42,778 nucleotides of DNA from positions 1 to 42,778 of IMG/VR virus record IMGVR_UViG_2541047878_000002. One strand, given 5' to 3'. Source of the DNA: a virus. Lineage: Duplodnaviria; Heunggongvirae; Uroviricota; Caudoviricetes. Positions 29,155 through 37,762 of the stretch are shown here, one piece after another. Below the pieces are notes generated by a model that had not been told where the DNA came from, did not search any database, and was given only the letters and a program-made list of their open reading frames with translations. How positions within the stretch are numbered: the first letter of the stretch is position 1; each line of letters begins with the position of its first letter. Position numbers and translations under genes: made by a program.

Positions 29155-30107
29155 TGGCTGATTCGAATCTCAATGAGCCGGTAATCATTCAGGCTACACG
29201 ACTCGACACATCAGTCCTTCCACGCAATATCTTCTCGCAGTCGTATCTGTTGTACGTTATCGCACAGGGTGCTGATGTTGGTAACGTGGCGAACAAGGCC
29301 AACGAAGCAGGGAAGGGGGCTTATGATGCACAGGTGAAGAATGATGAGCAGGATGTCACCCTTGCAGACCATGAATCCAGAATTGCTGCTGCTGAAGCAA
29401 CTCTCGTCAATCATGAACATAGAATCGCAGCAGCGGAAAGCACTCTTGCAGATCATGAAACAAGGATTACTGCTGCCGAAACAGAGCTGGCTGATCACGA
29501 GACGCGAATTGCTGCCAATGAATCTGAGTTAGCAAACCATGATGCGCGAATAACTCAGAATACAACCGATATCAACGCACTTGATACCAGGCTCACAGCG
29601 GCAGAGGGAAGTATTTCGACGCTACAAAGCACAGTTGGTGATCACTCAACAAGAATATCTGCGCTTGAGTATGCCACCACGCGCAAGAAATCAGAGGTTG
29701 TTTACTCAGGAGTATCGGTAACCATTCCAACAGCGCCGACCAACCTTGTTAGCCTGCTGAAAACGCTCACGCCGTCATCCGGGACGTTGGCACCATTCTT
29801 CGATACTGATAACAACAAGATGGTTGTTTTCAACGAGAACAAAACCCTGTTCTTCAAGCTGTCGATTGTCGGGACGTGGCCCAGCGGAACCGCCAACAGG
29901 TCAATGCAGCTAACCTTTTCCGGCTCTGTTCCTGACACACTGGTCAGCAGTCGTAATGCGGCGACAACAACCGATAACATCCTGTTAGCTACGTTTTTCA
30001 GCGTGGATAAAGACGGCTTTCTTGCCACAAATGGCAGTACGTTAACCATTCAGTCGAATGGTGCGGCGTTTACCGCCACAACCATCAAAATCATTGCGGA
30101 GCAGTGA
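29154..30107 (+). CDS. Tail needle, P22 gp26 type, with coiled-coil repeats and extended C-terminal domain
   Basis: 317 aa; gp26-like N-terminus (…[26 protein letters not shown]…), five 14-residue repeats (TLADHE.RIAAAE.), longer C-terminus than the 233-aa P22 gp26. Confidence 0.8.
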   Translation: MADSNLNEPVIIQATRLDTSVLPRNIFSQSYLLYVIAQGADVGNVANKANEAGKGAYDAQVKNDEQDVTLADHESRIAAAEATLVNHEHRIAAAESTLADHETRITAAETELADHETRIAANESELANHDARITQNTTDINALDTRLTAAEGSISTLQSTVGDHSTRISALEYATTRKKSEVVYSGVSVTIPTAPTNLVSLLKTLTPSSGTLAPFFDTDNNKMVVFNENKTLFFKLSIVGTWPSGTANRSMQLTFSGSVPDTLVSSRNAATTTDNILLATFFSVDKDGFLATNGSTLTIQSNGAAFTATTIKIIAEQ

Positions 30108-30586
30108 TGGAAATAAAGCTCATCGATAATCCGGTGAAGCTTGCAGAATTCCTCAACAACCCGGCAAACACGGGGAATATCGTAGACAGTGGAGATAAAT
30201 ACTACATCAAGCCTGATGCGGTATATCTCGGCATCTACGAAGGATTAGTGCTGGCTGGAGTTCATGAAGTGCGTAACTTCTGGCATAGCGTTGTTGAATG
30301 CCATGCGGTGTACGACCCCGGATTCCGTGGTGAATATGCACTGCAAGGGCATCGATTATTCTGCAAATGGCTTCTCGAAAACTCACCATTCCTTAACAGC
30401 ATCACCATGGTTCCTGACACCACCAAATACGGACGGGCAATTATCCGTTTGCTTGGCGCTACCCGTGTTGGTCACCTTGATGATGCTTATACCAGCAATG
30501 GAAAGCCTGTAGGCATCACGATTTATCAGTTACCGCGCTCAAAATACGAGGAGCTAAAGAATGTTAATTTTCCAGATTGCCAATAA
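30104..30586 (+). CDS. gp14-position head assembly/ejection accessory protein
   Basis: 160-aa ORF in the P22 gene-14 position between needle and ejection proteins; positional call. Confidence 0.5.
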   Translation: MMEIKLIDNPVKLAEFLNNPANTGNIVDSGDKYYIKPDAVYLGIYEGLVLAGVHEVRNFWHSVVECHAVYDPGFRGEYALQGHRLFCKWLLENSPFLNSITMVPDTTKYGRAIIRLLGATRVGHLDDAYTSNGKPVGITIYQLPRSKYEELKNVNFPDCQ

Positions 30587-31235
30587 GCACCTCAGCAAAG
30601 CTGTGTACTGCAAAGGCGGCAGTGATAGCGGAGCAAAAGAGCAGGCCCGCGCAACTGAAAAGGGCATCGAACTGCAGCGTGAAATGTGGCAGACGAACAT
30701 GCAAAACCTTGCACCGTTCACGCCACTCGCTCAGCAGTACGTATCACAGCTGCAGAATCTTTCCTCTCTTCAGGGGCAAGGTCAGGCGCTTAACCAGTAT
30801 TACAACTCTCAGCAGTATAAAGACCTTGCAGGGCAGGCGCGTTACCAGAGTCTGGCAGCAGCAGAGGCAACGGGTGGATTAGGCTCTACAGCAACAGGAA
30901 ACCAGTTAGCAGCAATCGCACCTACACTCGGTCAAAACTGGCTGTCAGGTCAGATGAACAACTACAACAATCTGGCAAATATCGGCCTTGGTGCTCTTAC
31001 AGGTCAGGCAAACGCCGGGCAGAACTACGCTAACAACGTCAGCCAGTTGTACCAACAGCAGGCGGCAGCAGCGGCAGCAAATGCGAATAAGCCTTCAGGC
31101 CTACAGAGTTTTGCTACAGGTGCCATTGGTGGGGCCGCATCAGGTGCAATGATTGGTAGTGCAGTTCCTGTTATTGGGACTGGTATTGGTGCTCTTGCTG
31201 GCGGTGTTATCGGTGGTCTTGGATCATTGTTTTAA
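30561..31235 (+). CDS. Ejection (internal virion) protein, gp7 position
   Basis: 224 aa, GAGGAG SD; Gln/Ala/Gly-rich low-complexity protein with Gly-rich C-terminal hydrophobic tail; size and position match P22 gp7. Confidence 0.65.
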   Translation: MLIFQIANKHLSKAVYCKGGSDSGAKEQARATEKGIELQREMWQTNMQNLAPFTPLAQQYVSQLQNLSSLQGQGQALNQYYNSQQYKDLAGQARYQSLAAAEATGGLGSTATGNQLAAIAPTLGQNWLSGQMNNYNNLANIGLGALTGQANAGQNYANNVSQLYQQQAAAAAANANKPSGLQSFATGAIGGAASGAMIGSAVPVIGTGIGALAGGVIGGLGSLF

Positions 31236-31244
31236 GGTGGGAAT

Positions 31245-32720
31245 ATGGCTACTTGGCAACAAGGAATCAACTCAGGCGGTTTTCTTGCTGGTATCGGTGG
31301 GCAAAACTCAAATGCGCCAAAGGCAAGTGATGTAAGTGAGGCGTTGGCCTATATTCGCCAGAACAACGAAATGGAGCGCTCAGGTCGCAATAACATCGGC
31401 CTTCAGGCGTTGCAGGGGCTTGGTAGTGTCGCTCAAACATATCAAGCCGCAAAGCAACAGGAAGTGGATGCTGCATTCCAAAAAGAATATGCGGCAGCCA
31501 TCCAGTCAGGTGATCGACAGCAGGTTCGAGATCTGATGACCAAATATCCTGGTCAATTAGAGAAGATTCAGTCTGGTATGAAGTGGGCTGACGAAGACCA
31601 GCGTGATGAAATTGGCAATCTAGCGGCAGGCGGTCAAATTGCCTCCATGATGGGTGGTGATGCATTTAGCAAGTGGATTGGAAACAATGCAACCAGATTG
31701 TCTAATCAGGGGGTAGACCCACAACAACTCCTCAGCATGTATCAAAAAGACCCACAAGCAACATCACAACTTATCGGACAATATGGTCAGTTTGCATTAG
31801 GCCATGAAAAGTATTGGGATTTACAGGACAAGATGGTTGGTCGTGAGATTGACCGAGGCAGGCTGGCAGAGACAATCCGCAGCAATCAGGCCAGCGAAGC
31901 ACTTCAGGCGAGAGGGCAGGATATTAGCCGAGCAAATGCGTTAACGTCAGCATATGCACCAACAGCCGCAATGCAGAATTACAATCAGTACGCGCAAATG
32001 TTAAAGGCGGATCCAGATGGTGCAGCGGCATTTGCGGCAGCGGCGGGAATTAATCCCAATGCTAAGAAATTACTTAAGGTTGAAACCAATCCTGATGGCT
32101 CGGTAACTAAGTATTACACCGATGGCAGCGAGGAAGCCGGAAAACTAAACCAACCTATATCTGGTGATGGCATTAAACCAATTAGTTTGCCACAAGCGCA
32201 AAGCATCATAGATAAGGCTAATGAGGGTTCCAAGAAGGCGGCGGGATTTGCTTTGCGATTAAAAGATTCAATGGACTCAATGAATCAGCTTAGTAAAAGC
32301 ATTGACCCTAAGCGAGTTGCATTAATAAATCGCTCTCTTGGTGATGGGACTATTGCAAATTTAAGCCTATCACCAGCGGAGCAGCAATATATGGTAAATG
32401 CGAGAGACGCCTTGTATGCAATTTTGCGCCCAGAAACAGGTGCAGCAATTACTCTGCCAGAGATGCAGGAGTATTCCAAAATGTACCTGCCTCAGCCCGG
32501 TGATTCCAAGGCTGCTACTGAAACAAAAATGCGAAAAATGCAGGGCCAATATAACTCATTACGTGGTCAGTCTGGTCGCGTTTATGATGCTTTGGTGGTT
32601 TCAAGTGCTGCAAATAGTCAACAACAGAGCAATAGCCAACAACCGACAAATACCCAACAGCAGCAGAGTCAATCCGGATCATATACCTCAAAATCAGGCA
32701 TTCAATTTACGGTGGAATGA
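31245..32720 (+). CDS. Ejection protein, gp20 position
   Basis: 491 aa, Gln/Ala-rich; size and order match P22 gp20. Confidence 0.7.
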   Translation: MATWQQGINSGGFLAGIGGQNSNAPKASDVSEALAYIRQNNEMERSGRNNIGLQALQGLGSVAQTYQAAKQQEVDAAFQKEYAAAIQSGDRQQVRDLMTKYPGQLEKIQSGMKWADEDQRDEIGNLAAGGQIASMMGGDAFSKWIGNNATRLSNQGVDPQQLLSMYQKDPQATSQLIGQYGQFALGHEKYWDLQDKMVGREIDRGRLAETIRSNQASEALQARGQDISRANALTSAYAPTAAMQNYNQYAQMLKADPDGAAAFAAAAGINPNAKKLLKVETNPDGSVTKYYTDGSEEAGKLNQPISGDGIKPISLPQAQSIIDKANEGSKKAAGFALRLKDSMDSMNQLSKSIDPKRVALINRSLGDGTIANLSLSPAEQQYMVNARDALYAILRPETGAAITLPEMQEYSKMYLPQPGDSKAATETKMRKMQGQYNSLRGQSGRVYDALVVSSAANSQQQSNSQQPTNTQQQQSQSGSYTSKSGIQFTVE

Positions 32721-34558
32721 TGAAAGTAACTGCAAACGGTAAGACATTTACCTTTCCTGATGGTACGAGCACCGAAGATATTGGCACCGCCATTGATGAG
32801 TATTTTGCTGGTCAGGCTGTTCAGCAACAAACAGTTAATCAGGCCAATAATGCACCAACACGGGAAGAACCATCATTGATGCAACAAGCTGGCGATTGGC
32901 TCACTGGTGGTCAAAGTGCAGGGCAAATTGCAGAACAGGCTGGTCGTGGTCTGGTAAACATACCATTTGACGTATTGCAGGGTGGCGCAAGTCTGATTAA
33001 TGCAATCAGTCAGGGGCTTGGTGGGCCAAAAGTTTTGGATGATGTTTATCGTCCAGTAGACAGACCGACAGACCCCTACGCTCAAGCTGGAGAAACAATT
33101 GGCGGGTATTTAGTTCCAGGAATTGGAACGGCAGGAAGCATGGCTATTGGATCACTGGCAGAGGCCGCAAATCAGAAAGGCGATTTCGCACAAAATGCAG
33201 CTAAAAATGCCGGAGTTAACCTTGCCGCTCAGGGTGTTCTTTCCGCAGCAGCAAAGGGAATAGGGCGTGGAATAACGGCTATAAAAGGTGATATTGCGCC
33301 AGAAGTGGCGAAGAAAATTGCCACTTCAGAATCGATGGGCGTGACACCAATGACATCTGATGTTATCCCGCCGAAAAATGCTTTCACTCGCGGCCTTACT
33401 CAGGATGCCGAGGGGGCTTTGCTCGGGACAGGCTCAAAGCGAGCGGAGCAATATGCAACGCGTAGTAAGCTGGTAAGCAATTATTTTGACCGTTTTGGTG
33501 AGTACAACCCTGATGATGTGGTGAAATCTCTGACCACCACGTTAAGGGGGCGGAAGGATGCTGCTGGCGCTGTTATCAATGACGTCACCAATAAAATGGG
33601 TAATGCCGCAGTTGATACCACAAATACCATGAATGCTCTGAATACAGCGATCGCAAGACAGGAACGGCTTGGGACTTCAGCCAATCAAAGCCTGCTTACA
33701 TCCTTGCGTAACCTACGTGAAGAATTAGCAAACCCTGCAACTGATTTGGATGTTACGTTTGATCTCTTGCGTCAGCACAGAACAGCATTTAGATCTAATG
33801 TTCAGGGAGATTCTATGGTCTTCCCCAACCAGGCAAAAGCAGCTACCAATATGGTAGAGAATGCAATGTCAAAAGACCTTCGTAACGCAGTTGCTAAAAA
33901 CCTCGGTGCATCAGACGCAGCAAAATACCTTAAAGCAAATTCAGATTATGCAAACGTTTATAATAAGGTGCTTAATAAAAACATTGCTAACAAGCTCAAC
34001 AAGGCAAGCAGTGAAGCCAGTCCTGAACTTATAAATACCGTTGTATTAAGCAGAAAACCATCTGACGTGAAACGAATCTGGAGCGCATTGGATGATAAAG
34101 GGAAAGATGCTATGCGTGCAGCTTACGTCAGCAAAATAGCGGAAAAGGCCGGTGATTCTCCAGCCAAGTTCATCACTGAAGTTAATAAGCTGAAATCTCA
34201 GTCAGGTGGTGAAATTTACAACACTATTTTTTCTGGAAAGCACATGAAAGAGCTTGATTCTCTTCATGAAGTTCTACAGCAAACAGCAAGGTCAGACACC
34301 GCAAATGTAGTAACTCAGACGGGGCAATCGCAAGCCAACCGGATAAGGACGATTGGCGCAACTGCGACTCTTGGCGTATCAATGGGGCTTGAGGCTGGCT
34401 TTGGTGCAATGATGCGTTTGTATGAGTCTAAAGCAGCAAGGAATGCTCTCTTACGTTTGGCAAACACCAAAGCAGGAACACCAGCCTATGAAAGAGCGCT
34501 GAATAACGCCGCAAATGCCATCAGACCAATACTTGCCAATGATGCAACTGATCGCTAA
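32717..34558 (+). CDS. Ejection protein, gp16 position
   Basis: 613 aa; size and order match P22 gp16. Confidence 0.7.
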   Translation: MMKVTANGKTFTFPDGTSTEDIGTAIDEYFAGQAVQQQTVNQANNAPTREEPSLMQQAGDWLTGGQSAGQIAEQAGRGLVNIPFDVLQGGASLINAISQGLGGPKVLDDVYRPVDRPTDPYAQAGETIGGYLVPGIGTAGSMAIGSLAEAANQKGDFAQNAAKNAGVNLAAQGVLSAAAKGIGRGITAIKGDIAPEVAKKIATSESMGVTPMTSDVIPPKNAFTRGLTQDAEGALLGTGSKRAEQYATRSKLVSNYFDRFGEYNPDDVVKSLTTTLRGRKDAAGAVINDVTNKMGNAAVDTTNTMNALNTAIARQERLGTSANQSLLTSLRNLREELANPATDLDVTFDLLRQHRTAFRSNVQGDSMVFPNQAKAATNMVENAMSKDLRNAVAKNLGASDAAKYLKANSDYANVYNKVLNKNIANKLNKASSEASPELINTVVLSRKPSDVKRIWSALDDKGKDAMRAAYVSKIAEKAGDSPAKFITEVNKLKSQSGGEIYNTIFSGKHMKELDSLHEVLQQTARSDTANVVTQTGQSQANRIRTIGATATLGVSMGLEAGFGAMMRLYESKAARNALLRLANTKAGTPAYERALNNAANAIRPILANDATDR

Positions 34559-34579
34559 GGGTTGATGTCATGGATGTTG

Positions 34580-35218
34580 TTAATTGCGAATGGAATCGCG
34601 GAACTCTTTGCTTGATAGAAAAGGATCTGTTCTCCTTAACTCATCATAGTTTTTATTAAACTTTCTTGCTTCACCTGGGTATCTGTTGAACAAAACATTG
34701 CAGAAAAAAGAGAGCAATAACTCACATATGAATGCTAATACCCTGAAAAATAAAGGTATAAAAAGAAGGGAAGGTTCATTGAAGTCTCTATTCCAAACAA
34801 AATAGACAATCATCCCGACATACCAAATTGATATCCCTATACTGATGATTGTTCCAACAGAGGTAACTACGATCCCGATTAAGTCGGACAGTCTGTTTGC
34901 CAGTAACTCATTTGAGTATCTTGCAATCATATACCGCCAACATTTTGCAATATCATCATGATCTGTAGAGTCTTCTGGAATAGCTAGGCTTCTACATATT
35001 GAAGTAGCTCTTTTTTTCTCAACTCTTTTTGAGAGCCATCCATTAAAGAGATACATCAACACCTGCGTTGCTATTCCTGCACCAAGTGATATCAAAGACA
35101 TCCCCAAAAATCGCCATCCTGGAGATAGTGACTGGTACTGCCAAACAAAAAAAATTAAAAAACCCAATGAGCCTATGACATAGGCTGATGTATCGCTATA
35201 TATATCTATTTTTTTCAT
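34580..35218 (-). CDS. AT-rich integral membrane protein (about 4 TM helices) at the P22 sieA position; candidate superinfection-exclusion or abortive-infection effector
   Basis: 212 aa from ATG 35218 with AAGGAG SD 10 nt upstream (ORF-track start is a GTG at 35251); strongly hydrophobic segments; low GC; directly downstream of the Mnt-like RHH gene on the same strand. Confidence 0.55.
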   Translation of the reverse strand: MKKIDIYSDTSAYVIGSLGFLIFFVWQYQSLSPGWRFLGMSLISLGAGIATQVLMYLFNGWLSKRVEKKRATSICRSLAIPEDSTDHDDIAKCWRYMIARYSNELLANRLSDLIGIVVTSVGTIISIGISIWYVGMIVYFVWNRDFNEPSLLFIPLFFRVLAFICELLLSFFCNVLFNRYPGEARKFNKNYDELRRTDPFLSSKEFRDSIRN

Positions 35219-35268
35219 TGAGTAGCCACTCCTTAGTTTTGAGCAGAACACCGGATGATAATGTTTTG

Positions 35269-35520
35269 TTATGTGTCTTTTGGGATTCTATCCAGTAACT
35301 CGTTGGAAATTTTATCAAGTAAAGATTTTATTTGTTTAAGATCTAATGATTTGTCTACTGATGAGACGTCAGATGATAACGCATCCTCAAGAATTTGAAC
35401 TATCTCTGAGTTCATAGATCGACCGTTTCGTTTAGCCCTTTCCGCAATAGCACTACGCATGCCGTCAGGCATTCTAACCGTAAATCTTTCTATGAAATTT
35501 GATTCGTCTTTTTCTGACAT
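35269..35520 (-). CDS. Mnt-like ribbon-helix-helix repressor (paralogue 1)
   Basis: 83 aa from ATG 35520: …RFTVRMPDGMRSAIAERAKRNGRSMNSEIVQILEDALS…, RHH core nearly identical to recalled P22 Mnt (…NGRSMNSELLQIVQDALS…); the hydrophobic N-extension of the ORF-track entry was rejected. Confidence 0.65.
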   Translation of the reverse strand: MSEKDESNFIERFTVRMPDGMRSAIAERAKRNGRSMNSEIVQILEDALSSDVSSVDKSLDLKQIKSLLDKISNELLDRIPKDT

Positions 35521-35569
35521 TTTCTTATTCGCAAGGCATATGAGCAATAAAAAACACAGTAGCATCATA

Positions 35570-35624
35570 TTGACATTATGAGCAATGGCATCATAATGGT
35601 GTCATGACATCATGGTGATGTCAT
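35570..35624 (+). promoter_or_regulatory. Divergent promoter/operator region: candidate Pant-like promoter plus 21-bp perfect palindromic operator
   Basis: -35 TTGACA 35570-35575, 16-bp spacer, -10 CATAAT 35592-35597; palindrome ATGACATCA-TGG-TGATGTCAT at 35604-35624 at the predicted transcription start. Confidence 0.5.
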
Positions 35625-35640
35625 TATGACGGAGATATTG

Positions 35641-35817
35641 ATGATGAGCGATGTTCTTTACAGTGGTCGTAAAAGTCAGAGTTTCCAGCTTCGTTTGCCA
35701 GCGCGAATGAAGGAGGAGATCAGACGCGTAGCTGAAATGGATGGAATTTCTATCAACTCTGCGATTGTGCAGCGACTGGCTAAAAGCCTGAGAGAGGAAA
35801 GAGCTAATGCCCAGTAA
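35641..35817 (+). CDS. Arc-like ribbon-helix-helix repressor
   Basis: 58 aa from ATG 35641 (GGAG SD 6 nt upstream; ORF-track start 35626): …QSFQLRLPARMKEEIRRVAEMDGISINSAIVQRLAKSL…, RHH fold as in P22 Arc. Confidence 0.6.
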   Translation: MMSDVLYSGRKSQSFQLRLPARMKEEIRRVAEMDGISINSAIVQRLAKSLREERANAQ

Positions 35818-35890
35818 AAATAGTGAAGCCCGGAAGTGCGCGAACACAAACCGGGCCTCTATGTCAGTAACCGTACTCAAGGAAACTAAC

Positions 35891-36529
35891 ATGAATATTG
35901 TAGCAAAATCAGATTATAACTTCCAAGGATTCACTTTTAACCCTGTAACAGAGGGCGGGTCTATCTGGTTTACCTCCACCGAACTAGCTAAGGCTCTCGG
36001 CTATAAAAAAACTGATGCCATCAGCCAAATTTATGCCCGTAATGCTGACGAATTTTCCGACTCAATGTCATTGACCCTCAATATGAAGGTCAACGGAATA
36101 AACAATAGCTTACGTAACAAATCGGTCAGAGTTTACTCACTCCGAGGCGCTCACTTGGTGGCGATGTTTGCTTCTACGCCCAAGGCCAAAGAGTTCCGCC
36201 GCTGGGTGCTGGATATTTTGGATCGGCAGGCAGAATGCTCACCGATTGCAAAACAGTTTACTGACGAAGAACTGGTTAATCTCTGCTACTTACAATTGTG
36301 GATGGAGAAGAGTCAACAAATGTGCAAACACATCTACCCAGGAATGAAGCAAATTGGTTCTGAGCTTTCTGGAAGGATTTACGATATTGCATATGAGACT
36401 CGCTACATGTCAGAAGAAACCAAGAAATCACTTCTTCGTGAAGTGAAGAATCTTGATACCAACAATTTTGTCGTAAAGAACGCTCAGCCAATGCTGGCAA
36501 AACTGCGCGGCGAGGAATGGATTCATTGA
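35891..36529 (+). CDS. Bro-N domain antirepressor-like protein
   Basis: 212 aa from ATG 35891 (AAGGA SD); N-terminal Bro-N-like segment …IWFTSTELAKALGY…VRVYSLRGAHLVAMFASTPKAKEFRRWVLDIL…; downstream of arc as ant is in P22. Confidence 0.6.
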   Translation: MNIVAKSDYNFQGFTFNPVTEGGSIWFTSTELAKALGYKKTDAISQIYARNADEFSDSMSLTLNMKVNGINNSLRNKSVRVYSLRGAHLVAMFASTPKAKEFRRWVLDILDRQAECSPIAKQFTDEELVNLCYLQLWMEKSQQMCKHIYPGMKQIGSELSGRIYDIAYETRYMSEETKKSLLREVKNLDTNNFVVKNAQPMLAKLRGEEWIH

Positions 36530-36617
36530 TTGGTGCGCCGGACGGCGCAAAAAGAAAACCGCCAGTGTGCTGCTGGCGGCCTATGTCACACCCTTACTAC
36601 CACATAAGGAATGCCTA

Positions 36618-37346
36618 ATGACTTTTAAGAATGTAGCAAACATCGGATCCGTTGTCACGGATAAAACCATTGACAGCCAGCGCCTGCTTGAGATGGTCAA
36701 TCATGCTCGTAGACAGTGCGGGGAAAAAGAAGTCCGCAATAACGACTTTATTGCACGCATTAAGGATGAACTTGAAGGTGAGCACTACGAAATTTTCGTA
36801 GTTCAAAAATCAAACAAGACAAGTTCTGAAAAAGTTGTTATGTCAATTAAGCAAGCCCTTCGAGTGGCTGCTCGTGAATCTAAAGCTGTTCGCCGCTCAC
36901 TGGTAGACCAACTTGAAAGTATGCAAGAAGCGCACATTAAAAGCGGTAAATCAGCGAGTGGACTTGTTGAGTATCGTCAAGCGCGAACATTGAAAATGAC
37001 GGTTGAAGCTGTTACCAATCTGTTCGATCTGATGCCAAATCTTGCGCCTGAGGCAAAGCAGACAGCGGCAGCAAGTATAATCAACCCGCTCGTTGGTTTT
37101 AATGCAATACCTCTTCCGGCAATAGAAGAGCATTACTACTCAGCAGGGGAGGTTGCAGAGCAGCTTGGAGTAACGGCCAACAAGATTGGTCGCATTGCTA
37201 ACGCAAACAACCTCAAAACTGAGCAGTACGGGAAGTTCTTCCTGGATAAATCGGCGCATTCCAGCAAACAGGTAGAGGCGTTTCGTTACAATTCTGAAGG
37301 CGTTAAAGCACTACAACACCTGCTACATGGCTCAAATGTGGCGTAA
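36618..37346 (+). CDS. Hypothetical protein, possibly a second antirepressor-type protein
   Basis: 242 aa from ATG 36618 with AAGGA SD; co-transcribed with arc-like and Bro-N genes; no confident family call. Confidence 0.45.
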   Translation: MTFKNVANIGSVVTDKTIDSQRLLEMVNHARRQCGEKEVRNNDFIARIKDELEGEHYEIFVVQKSNKTSSEKVVMSIKQALRVAARESKAVRRSLVDQLESMQEAHIKSGKSASGLVEYRQARTLKMTVEAVTNLFDLMPNLAPEAKQTAAASIINPLVGFNAIPLPAIEEHYYSAGEVAEQLGVTANKIGRIANANNLKTEQYGKFFLDKSAHSSKQVEAFRYNSEGVKALQHLLHGSNVA

Positions 37347-37364
37347 CATTTTATAATGAAAACT

Positions 37365-37390
37365 AAACCCGCTTAATCGCGGGTTTTTTC
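37365..37390. terminator. Bidirectional intrinsic terminator between convergent genes
   Basis: cccgc-ttaatc-gcggg hairpin flanked by A-run upstream and TTTTTTC downstream; overlaps the mnt paralogue-2 stop codon. Confidence 0.45.
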
Positions 37391-37630
37391 TTTCCTTAGA
37401 ATTTCAGCCGCAACTTCTTTTACTCGTTCCGAGATTAATGAGGCCAGCCTCTCTTCTTCATCACGATACCCGCTTACAGGTGATGGTTTGGAGAGTGATT
37501 CTTCCATCGTAGCCACAATTTCGGAATTGATAGACCTGTTATTCATTTTTGCACGCTGCTTAATCTTAGCGTGCAACTCGTGTGTAAGCCTCAAGTGGAA
37601 CTGCGCCTCATCGTATTTGCTGTACATCAT
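37373..37630 (-). CDS. mnt: Mnt-like repressor (paralogue 2, closest to P22 Mnt)
   Basis: 85 aa from ATG 37630: MMYSKYDEAQFHLRLTHELHAKIKQRAKMNNRSINSEIVATMEESLSKPSPVSGYRDEEERLAS… matches recalled P22 Mnt along its length; the ORF-track N-extension overlaps the tailspike and was rejected. Confidence 0.7.
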   Translation of the reverse strand: MMYSKYDEAQFHLRLTHELHAKIKQRAKMNNRSINSEIVATMEESLSKPSPVSGYRDEEERLASLISERVKEVAAEILRKEKTRD

Positions 37631-37762
37631 CAATGCCTCACCAAATGGGTGGAATGGCATCGTAAAACCTACTGTACAAATCAACAATCGTACCGTTTCG
37701 GTATGTAACAAATGCCAACCGTAGCCATGCTGCGGCGATTCCTTGTATCTGGAGCAAATTAA

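Noticed and set aside
35521-35568. Hydrophobic 16-aa N-extension (MMLLCFLLLICLANKK) on the first Mnt-like protein
   Set aside because: RHH repressors are soluble; the extension would cover the promoter region; start at 35520 preferred.
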